A stretch of 64,000 bases of DNA from Novakomyces olei (lineage: Eukaryota): NCBI GenBank assembly GCA_016906335.1, contig JADEYG010000009.1:62001-126000 (forward strand), read 5' to 3'. The notes beneath the pieces were generated by a model that saw nothing but the letters and a program-made list of their open reading frames with translations, did no database searches and was not told the DNA's origin. The translations under genes and the position numbers were made by a program. This document shows positions 11,085-21,098 of this stretch, piece by piece; the first letter of the stretch is position 1, and every line of letters starts with the position of its first letter.

Positions 11085-12889
11085 TTAATTAATAAAGCTA
11101 GCAAATACATGCCTTATGAATGACTGTTCTGCCCGACGACTAAGAATTTCTCTAGGAGAAAGAGAAGCCTGGTATTTTCGAAAAACTTCGAGTTGAGGAA
11201 TAGTCCGCTTTGCGATGAATGTCCCCTTGTGAACTTGAAGCCAATCCCAAAACCTTGTAAATAATAATTGATAGTGCTCGACTTCAGGCTCTGAGCTTGC
11301 TGTTGAAAGCATTAGGCTTAGCACCGATCCAATTAAAGTCAGCGAATCCAGAGTCCCAATGTACCAAAATCCGTTCAAATGAGGCGTCTCTAAGGCTTCG
11401 AGATACTCTAACGCATTTATGATTCTCTTGTGGAGGGCAGAGCGACATAAATTTTGAATCTCTATTTTATCCTCATTCGCATTATTACACATTATCGTGA
11501 TTCGGCCAAGGGTAAGATTGGCAGCGTGGTAACATACCATTAAGCATGTTAAACCATATATTTCAGTGGAAGCGACGTTTAAACCATTCAACTTTATTCC
11601 CAAATCTTTGTTCCAGGTCGTGAGGCGAATTTGCAGAGGCTTGCAAGACTGCAAGTCAAAATTGACGGAACCGTCAGCGTTTCTAAACGGCCTCGTGGCA
11701 GAACTAAAAAGGTTAACCAAAAATTCAATTAATAAATGATAAAAATCAGATAAAAATATATAACAATATATTCTCTATTCCATTCTTACTAGAATTCTTC
11801 CAAAATCTGAGATATAATCTCGCTCAATTCCGCCAGTTTAAGAAACACCAAATTTTGCGCTCGGCTGGCAAGTGAGACATCCTCCGTTACGCCACTTTGC
11901 ACCAGATCAGATTCTTCCAAATTTCGAACGGCCCAATTAGAAGATGATATATGAGAAGGCGTTCCGTGAAACAAGGCCACCCATTTATCAGCAATATAAA
12001 TTGCCCAAGCCATTCTAATTCGCAATGACTTCTCCCATGCAGGTATAATCCAGGAAGAGCAATCTAGATGCAATCCTACAGCCTGGGCTTGCGCGACCAG
12101 CTGTGCAACCAATGTCCACGGTCGTCCCGTATCTTCCAAAGGTGATAGTAACATATTCAATAAACCTTGAATATCCGCCAATTTTGCACAAGATTTTGTA
12201 GCTGATTCTGCAATTAGCGATTTGCCGATATCCTTTAAGGGGAAGGCACTGGGCCTTTTTTCATTGCTTTCATGATCCCACCAGTCCAGAGCACAAGAAT
12301 ACATCCCGCACAGAGCCAACGGTGTGAAATAATGTCTGGTACGTTGAAACTTTTTTGCCCATATTTTCTCATCAAGAATAGGAAAACTGGGGTGAACGTA
12401 TTTGAAATATAGTTGGTTCAATTGGTCTGCATGAGGGTAAACTGCCTCTTCAATGCGTTTGAGGATATGATGTTTTGCCAACTCATCTTGTTGCGAATTT
12501 GATTGTATAAAAAAGCAAGAGTTTGGGTCGAATCGACGAACTTCTTCCCGCTCAGATAATCTCAGCTGGTCATTTTCAAATCTTATCAGATCAAAAGCGG
12601 CATTGCCAAAAGCACTACTCTGTCCATAAAAGTATGTGTCTTGCACAGAGTCCAAACTGAGGCTTTCGTTGATCCAAAACGTCTGAAATTCTTCGTCCCT
12701 GTCCCGGAAAAGGTCTCCTATCCGATCTTTTCGATCTCGCCACTTGGGTATGAGGGAATCATTTAATTCTAACGCGTCGCATTCGGTACCATGAAACGCG
12801 CACATTACACACGCCACTTCTGCTTCGCGTAAAACGCATCTGAGTTTCCGCCGTCGGCAGGCTGTGCAGGATGTCCATTTTCTAGGCAT
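11085..12889 (-). CDS. Zn2Cys6 transcription factor, Dal81/TamA-like (2 exons)
   Basis: Zinc cluster CTACRRRKLRC-x8-CVMCAFHGTEC. Fungal TF middle homology region YVHPSFPIL and DCSSWIIPAWEKSLRIRMAWAIYIADKWVALFHGTPSHI, which I recognise as Dal81/TamA-family-like. Intron at about 11710-11788. Confidence 0.85.
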
Positions 12890-13273
12890 TTTAATTCGTA
12901 AGACCCCCACTTCGTATCCGCTTGACCTTATCGCTCAGACAACCCACCCTTCCCATGTTCGCGCTTGTCAAAAGATGGAAAACCCTGTCTGTTTCTCGTA
13001 AGGATGCTCATTGTTTTATATTTGGAATTTTTGTCATAAGCTCGGTTTATCTGATAACCGATGGATGGGTGATTGCGTTTGATGCTGTGGTTACTTTTTG
13101 CAAATATCTGATTGAGACGTTCCAAAGCAATCATACCTTGCTATTTTGAGAATTCTGAATAAATTTATTGATGAATCACATTTGAATGTCAAGTGACACT
13201 CTCTTTCTCCACTCTGGAGCAATCAATCAGCACGTTTAAGCCTATTACAAGATGGCTTGTGTGCGATACGCGC

Positions 13274-13296
13274 GATAAACCAATTCTTGGTTTATC
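13274..13296. promoter_or_regulatory. Perfect 10-bp inverted repeat with a GATAA core on each arm
   Basis: GATAAACCAA-ttc-TTGGTTTATC in the TF/amidase divergent promoter. Further TTATC/GATAA cores lie near 12927 and 13047-13057. Confidence 0.5.
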
Positions 13297-13460
13297 TTGC
13301 CTATTTCGGGTTCCTGCCTCCGTCGGCGATTAGATCCCACGGATAGAATCCAAGCAATCTACCCACAAAGTAGGAGATAGCCCACACACCACGCAAATTA
13401 AATTGACGGCTACATTGGCGGCAACTTTAAGGGAGAACACAAAAGTCGCTTTCAATCTGC

Positions 13461-15563
13461 ATGGAGCCGTGGAGCAGTCGGGCTCAGCGAGCACAAAAGC
13501 AATGCATTGAATCAATTGATCCTCAGTTTTTATTAAAGAACATTTCTAGCAAGGACAAAGAAAATGCATTTGAATGCATGTCTCGTCGAGCAAACGAGAC
13601 AATGACGGAACAAGAACAGAACATGACGCTCCTTGACGTGTTTGATTTAACAAATAAGCTTGCAAGCGGGCAAATTACCTCAGAGGCGGTTGTAACGGCG
13701 TTTGCGAAACGAGCAGCCATTGCGCATCAGCTGACGAATTGTCTTACTCAGTTTTTTTACAACGACGGAGCATTGGAGCGAGCACGCCAGCTTGATAAGC
13801 ATTTACGAGAACACAAAAGTGTGGTTGGCCCATTGCACGGGCTTCCAATCAGTGTAAAGGACTGTTTTCATATTGAAGGGACGGAAACCTCTGCCGGATT
13901 TGTTACTTGGTTGGGGACAAAGTCGGTGGAGACTGCTGAACTTGTAAATATTCTTCGCAATGCTGGCGCAATTGTGCTCTGCAAGACTAACAATCCTCAG
14001 TAAGATCAGACCAAACATTCAAAGGAGTGATCTAAAAAATATTAAAACATGATCGAATTGCGCTTTAAAGAACAACTCAATTCGAAATCCATACTATTCC
14101 TTTTAAATATTTAATCTAATAGAAAGATCGCTTTTTTCAATCGAATGCGACAGCAATGCTCATGGACGGACTGTGAATCCTTATAATTTTCGGCTTAGTT
14201 CTGGAGGCTCGTCTGGAGGAGAAGGTGCTTTGATCAGTATGCACGGATCTCCTCTAGGTATTGGAGGGGTAATGAATTGCAAAAGTTCATCAAGCTTATG
14301 AATCGTTGCTTTTATTATTTTGGTTTAAAAATATCATTCTAATTATTAGGACAGCGGTGGATCGATCAGAAACCCAGCGGCGTCATGTGGGATTTATGGA
14401 TTTAAACCAACTTCTGGAAGAATTCCTCTTAAAGGCGCACGTGGCCCAATGGAAGGAAATGAAGCTCACACGGTATCGTCTGGACCAATGGCGTCTAGTC
14501 TCGCTTCCATCGAGATTTTTATGCGTACAGTTCTCGCAGCAAAACCATGGACAACAGATCCAGCATTAGTCGAAATACCCTGGCGGCAATTGCCTGTCGA
14601 TTTACCCGTTATTAAAGTAGGATTGATGGCTCACGACGGCTGTGTCCTGCCTATGCCGCCTATTGGGCGGGCCCTAGACCATTTGGCTTCAAAACTAAGG
14701 CAAAGTGCGCGCTTCGAAGTTGTGGAGTTTGAGACTTTTATGCAGTCTAAAATTAATCTTTTGATTGTGAGATGACTCTTAGTTTATTTATTTATTTATT
14801 TCAACATCTGATTATAAGTTTTAATGAAAATGATTTTCTTTGAATTCTTTTTTCAGTATGAACCTGTCTTTGCTAACAATAAATTAGCGGCGTCTGTTTA
14901 TGCCGGACGGAGGGAAAGACGTTCTCGACCACATTCTCGAATCTGGAGAGCCTATTGTTCCCTTGATTCAGTGGGCCCTAAAATCTCCTAATGCCAAACA
15001 GCTTTCTATGCATGAACTTTGGGATTGGACGCGGCAGCGACAGGAGTTTCAATTTGAATTTTTAAAGCATTGGAAAATGTTAGGCATTGATGTTCTCTTG
15101 TGTCCCTGTGCTCCTTGGCCAGCCGCCATACATGACACCTCGACCGTATGAATCAGATTTTTTATTACTTGGATATGCTTTGACTTTTAGAATTACTTTT
15201 ATTTTGATTTTATCCATATCAATGATTTCTCACTTTTTTAATGATGTAGTATTTTGGATACACGACATTATTCAATGTGCTTGACTACCCTGCAATCGCT
15301 TTCCCCACGGGACTCTTCTCGGACTCTGTCAAAGACAAAAAACCGGAAAGGGCATCGTTTTTATCCGCCGACGACAAAGAAATATATGATCGATGTGAGC
15401 TAATGGTTCTTTTTCCTTTTAGTTTGGATTAAAAAAGAATATTAACACGTCAGATGACCCGAATCTGTTTCACGGTTCACCAATCAGCCTTCAACTGGCG
15501 GCGCCTCGATGGCAGGATGAAAAGCTTTTGCATTGCTTGAAAGATATACTTGATCATTCTTAA
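13461..15563 (+). CDS. Amidase-signature family enzyme (AmdS/acetamidase-like), multi-exon
   Basis: AHQLTNCLT, GPLHGLPISVKD (catalytic Lys), KTNNPQ, SGGSSGGEGALI, G-DSGGSIRNPAA (catalytic Ser), FNVLDYPA and GSPISLQL..RWQDEK. Stop TAA at 15561-15563. Confidence 0.92.
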
Positions 15564-15871
15564 GAAAATTCAAAGTCTAAGAAAGCTTTCTCTTTAAGCA
15601 TAGACTGCAAAGGTCAGAAGGAGAATGAGTATACACTGAGCGATGTATTGATTTATTGTCGACTCAAAACACACCAAGGCAATTCCATAATATTTCATAA
15701 ATAGAATTAGCCTCCATAAACGACGTATAAAGCTTTCGACGTAATTTTGTAGTTTCATTATTAGATAAACGCCCAGTCGGTTTCAATGAATTCTTGGCTC
15801 AACTTTTGAGTAAAGCTGAAGGTATTTCTCTATTGCTAAAGATAAGCGTTTCATGATTTGACTATTTAAGC

Positions 15872-17159
15872 TCAGTATGAAATACGATCCCAGTATTGCG
15901 TTTCTTCAGAGCCTTCAATCTGTGAAGAATGTGGAACGTTTTGAAGAATAATTGCACAATCCTCAGGCTGAGCTGTACGGATTATGGCAGTGGTATCGCC
16001 TTTAAAATAATCGACATAGGCAATATTTGGCAATTTACCACATAACTCTTCCAGCATATTTTGAATAGCAGTTTTATTGCTCAAAGGGTCAATATTTTCG
16101 ATCTGGACGAGTACACCGGGCTTAAATTCCAATTTTCGTTTTTTGCTAGTAGCAAAAGGCTGAATTTTAAGCTCGGGACTCTCCTTCCACTCTGCACCAG
16201 TCGTCACTTCAACGTCCATTTCAGTATTGGCTTCTGCCTTGAAACCATTTGTCCCCTTATTTTCTGTATGCATCAGGCGCTTTTCATAGTGTATATCCTC
16301 ACTCATGAGTTCGGCATATTCTCGTTCCCTCTCCTCCCATTCCTGACTTTATGGTCTCGTTAGCTTTTGTAGTATATAATAAACGGTCTTACATAGTGCA
16401 AACGAGCCATCCCGGTTCAGAGACAAGACTACCGCGTTTAGCAATTTCGGACATAACCACGAAAACATAGCCCAGTTTGGAGGTGGTGACTTTTTGTACG
16501 GCGCCGAGATCGACCAGTAATTTATCGGCAAGCGCTGTGCAAAGCTGGACCGGCTTTGAACACAGTGATAACGGAAACGGTTCCTGTCTGTTAAATGCCA
16601 TTCATCATTTTAGTTTTTTGAATTTCAATCTATTAATTTCAATATGATTTTCTCTCGTCATGAAATTTGTATTTTTTCTTGTTTGAAGGCACTTCGTACC
16701 ACGTAAATAGTCCTCGGACCCCAATTTGTTTCCGGCCCTTGCTCAATTACTCTCATATGGTGTTTGTCTGAAGAAAGCGCCAGTTTAACGTATCCTTTGC
16801 CTTTAGAAATCGTATGCTGATGCTCAATCGCGCCCTGAATAAGCGTTTGTGAGGCAAACCCTTCAATTTCTGACAGCAAATCGGAGCATTCTAGTAACAA
16901 GATCACCGCGACGGAAAGATGAACAACTGTAAAGTGTTAGTTTACATCATCACACTTGCAACTTGCAGTCATTATATCCATCTATATTGCGATAGTATTG
17001 TGAAATTTGGCGGTTCAATCCTGCATCAGTCTGGCGGCGGTGTGTGGAAAAAAGAAGCGTTAATGCGGCCAAAATGTATTTCTGTTTAACTGCAAGATCG
17101 GTCGCCTGTTTAGCCGCAAAACTCTGGAGCTCATCATCAGGCCGGCGACGATTGCTCAT
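15872..17159 (-). CDS. pof8: La-related protein LARP7/Pof8-like (telomerase RNP component), 4 exons
   Basis: Degenerate La motif (DGYNDFVHLS), RRM1 (RTIYVEPFP..GYVFVVM..QEWEERE), and a C-terminal xRRM: KPGVLVQIENIDPLSNKTAI..IAYVDYFKGDTTAIIR..GSEETQYWDRI. This closely resembles the Pof8/p65 xRRM. The first intron is GC-AG. Confidence 0.8.
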
Positions 17160-17531
17160 GCTAGTTTTGGCTTCATTTCATTCGTTTTATTTACGATTTA
17201 TCGTTAATTTAATAATTTTATTCTTCCGTACTCTGAATTTGATCGTATCTTTTAGAGGTTTTTGTAAGACTGCGCGTACAAAATTATTCTAGTTGTACCG
17301 CGATAATAACTATTTTTAAAGTAAGCCAACCAGCTAAATTACTTAATAATTTAATTTCGAACATTTCAATTACTGAATATCTCAATTACTGAATATTACT
17401 TGTATGTTGTTATAGACTAAACTCAAAACTCCCAAAAATCAAAGCTGCAAAGGCCACATACACAAGCAACGCAGTGTTGAGGACATTTTCAAGTGCGCTC
17501 CAACATTGTAAAAGGACCTTTGATCTCAAAG

Positions 17532-19992
17532 ATGTCTGCGACTCAGAACAACGAGGATCTTATTGATTATGAGGAGGAAGAGGAGGAGCTGACTACTGGC
17601 GGTGGCGCAGCAGGCGGACAGGCTCCCGCTTCCAACGGCGCAGCAGCAGGCGCCAAAGCTGCGACGGATAACGGTGATAAAGGACAGGCCGACAAAAAGG
17701 GTTCCTATGTGGGAATCCACTCGACAGGGTTTCGTGATTTTTTGTTGAAACCTGAGCTGCTCCGTGCCGTGACAGATTGTGGTTTTGAGCATCCTTCTGA
17801 GGGTCAGTACTTTATTTAGTTTTTCCTCCGATCAACACGGAACATCCCTTTTATCATTGTATTTGTTCATCAAAACCATCATCATCATCATCATTTTCGG
17901 CATTGTCGGTGGACTCGTCGCAAAATATTTGGGCTCTTTGTGCGCCCAAGTATAGAATCGATACAAGTATTGGCTTTTGTATATGGAATTTGTCATGTTC
18001 AGCATCAGAGACAATAGCTTCTGTCTAATGCTTGGCGTGTGCAGAGTCAGCTTCATTGAACGATTGGCATCAGAGCTGGGCTTTCTTTGTGGCCCACATG
18101 CTACATGAGAAACGCATGATCACCGTTTATTTTATATTTATATCCTCTAGATTAAGTCGTTCCTGGCTTGGAAAATGATTTATTAGAATGATCTTCTTTT
18201 TTCTAGTCGTCCTTTTTTCTAATGTGTTTTTGCGTCTTTGTTGCCCCAATGCAATATCGATGTACACATAATGGTCATTAGCTCTTTTTTTTTGTGGTCT
18301 TTGGACTCTAATTTTTATTGGGCTTTAATTTCGATTGTATTTTTTATTCGATTTGCGTTCATTTTATTTTCCTTCAGCATCGCACCCAATCTGTACTGGC
18401 TTTGAATATGGTGGATTGGCAATGTCGCAATACACTGTTTAAAGGTCAATTAATATTTAATGATCACGAATAAAGTAATGGAGGAAAAACACATATAGCA
18501 CGCCCAAAATTGCCGAAGATTCCGCCAAAGATGCCGAATAATGTCTTGATGATGTTTGGTTTTGTTGATGATTAAAAATTTACGATTTCTGAAATTAGCG
18601 CTGACATTTTCGATCAACAGTGCAACAAGTATGCATCCCTCAGGCCATTTTGGCCAGCGACGTTCTCTGCCAGGTAAGTGAGCTATTTCGGACGTTTTAC
18701 CTTTGTTTCGGATTGAAGTTAGACCAACCTTTACACTATTATTTTAAAAGCTCAACAAGTTTAATTTTGTCCTGGATTTCTTTTCTCTTTATTTTCTCTA
18801 GTTTTTCGTTTGAAATTTTACCTAACACTCCAGGCCAAATCTGGTATGGGCAAAACCGCTGTGTTCGTCCTTGCAACGTTGCAGCAGATCGAGCCGGTAG
18901 ACGGCGAAGTAAGTGTGCTCGTGCTCTGCCATACTCGTGAGCTCGCTTTTCAAATCAAAAACGAGTATGCCCGTTTTACAAAATACCTACCCGATGTGAG
19001 AACTGCAGTGTTTTACGGTGGTGTTCCTATCGCCAAAGATATTGAGCTGTTGAAAGACAAATCTAAGTCTCCACACATTGTCGTTGCAACTCCAGGCCGT
19101 CTAAACCAGCTTGTGCGTGAAAATCATTTGCGTGTGAATCATGTTAAGCATTTCGTACTCGATGAATGTGATCGTATGCTGGAAGCTTTGGATATGCGTC
19201 GCGACATTCAAGATATCTTCCGTGCTACACCTCCGAGCAAACAAGTAATGATGTTTAGCGCGACCCTGAGCCAGGAAATTCGTCCAATCTGCAAAAAATT
19301 TATGCAAAACGTAAGAAATATTCAATTTAAATTATATGCTTATTTATTTTTTTATATATACGTGAATCTAACTATCTTTTAGCCGCTTGAAATCTATGTG
19401 GACGATGAAGCGAAGTTGACTCTGCACGGTCTGCAGCAGCACTACGTGAAATTGGCGGAAAACGAAAAGAATCGGAAGCTGAACGATTTACTCGATGACT
19501 TGGAGTTTAACCAAGTTGTGATATTTGTAAAATCCGTGGGCCGTGCAATCGAGCTCGATAAACTACTGAAAGCCTGCAGTTTCCCTTCGATTAGTATTCA
19601 CGGTGGTTTACAACAAGAAGAGCGGTATGTTTTATGCTCTAAACCTCCTTTTTGATCCAAAAATATTTACTAGTTTGCTGATATCTAGAATCAACCGCTA
19701 TAAATCGTTCAAAGACTTTAATGCTCGTATTTGTGTGGCAACCGACGTGCTTGGCCGTGGTATCGACATTGAGCGTGTGAACATTGTCATCAATTACGAC
19801 ATGCCCGATACAGCAGATCAATACCTGCATCGTGTAGGACGCGCTGGTCGTTTTGGAACGAAAGGTCTCGCCATCTCTTTTGTGGCTAGTCCCGCAGATC
19901 AGGAGATTATGGACAAAATTCAGGAACGTTTCGAGGTGAACGTGACTGAAATGCCTGAGCATATTGACATTGGCTCGTACATGAACGCGTAA
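17532..19992 (+). CDS. SUB2: DECD-box RNA helicase Sub2/UAP56 (5 exons)
   Basis: [66 protein letters not shown] and [12 protein letters not shown]. First intron spans 17803-18620. Confidence 0.97.
17866..18571 (+). other. Long-range complementary arms inside SUB2 intron 1
   Basis: 17866-17943 (tcatcaaaacca..ttcggcat..ggtgga..tcg..ttgggc..gtgc) is the imperfect reverse complement of 18498-18571 (gcac gcccaa..cga..tccgcc..atgccgaa..tgatgatg..tggttttg..tgatga). It includes G:U pairs that form only on the sense strand. Confidence 0.8.
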
Positions 19993-20265
19993 ACATGTTT
20001 ATTCTGCTGAATAAAAAGGGGCCGATTCGTGTTGGGCAATGCAGGTAGTGTCAGATCAAACAGTTTTGCAATTGAATCACGTATTAAGCGCCAGTATTGA
20101 TCGATATTGGTATTATTTGCGTATAGTAATAAGTGTATTTAACTGTAATGTTAGAATATCAGTCGGAATACCAATTGACGCCGTTTAGGCTGTATTGAAA
20201 CGCTTACCCGGTTTTGCTATAGAAAAGATAGTTTGAAATATAGAAATGCACGCTCTACATCATAT

Positions 20266-20316
<51 letters not shown>
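20266..20316. repeat. (TATT)n microsatellite
   Basis: About 12-13 consecutive TATT/ATTT units. Confidence 0.95.
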
Positions 20317-21098
20317 TCCTATCTAATTATACAATAACGGGTAGGGATGCCACGTTGTCTCGTTGCGTTAGTAATGTTTCAGTTTCGGCAATAAAGAGTA
20401 TGCGATTTAATGCTCGGAGGATGAACAGCCTTCAAAGTAGTCTAGTCTAGAATGCGGGAAAAGAAAAACGGGAATTATATGGAGTTTGCAAGTAATGTAA
20501 GATGTTGCGCCGAACAAAGTATAGTACAATCTTGGACTAAACTGGTATAGGTGTCGGATAATTGGTGGAGGGGAGAGACTAATTTTCGCTTTTAAGTATG
20601 TCATCATGAACTGATTGATCAGAGATTGATCAGAGAAGCATCGAGGCTATGCACAGACAAGAAACTGCGGTCTGGCAAATCGGCAATAGTAACAATAATA
20701 CGAAGCATAATCTGCAATAGTATCTGTTGTAATAACAGTTGTATAACTGAAATTTTCGTCCAAAAATTGACGGCTGGCATTACTGCTTCAGCAATACTTG
20801 TCAAGACATACAAGCCGTCCCAAAAGGGATCAAGGGAACTTGTGAAGCCAAGGTTACTTATATATGTATTTCGAACGAGAGACAGGTAAAGCATTGTAAC
20901 GCATAAAGTAAGGCCAGTAGCAGATACATTACATTTCCATAGACAAAACTGTGGAAGAAATACATCAGAAATCAAGACAAATAAGAATATACAAGACTGG
21001 GACCCGTAAATACATGCATATTTAAAAATCTTGAGAGCAGCACTTTGAGATCTCGGCTGTCTACATGAGCTTATAAATTTGGCTCGCGAGCGCGTCTT

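Noticed and set aside
3290-15563. Decarboxylase plus amidase as an auxin (tryptamine/indole-acetamide) biosynthesis cluster
   Set aside because: The decarboxylase is separated from the cluster by unrelated genes, its promoter lacks the shared motif, and no tryptophan monooxygenase or amine oxidase is present.
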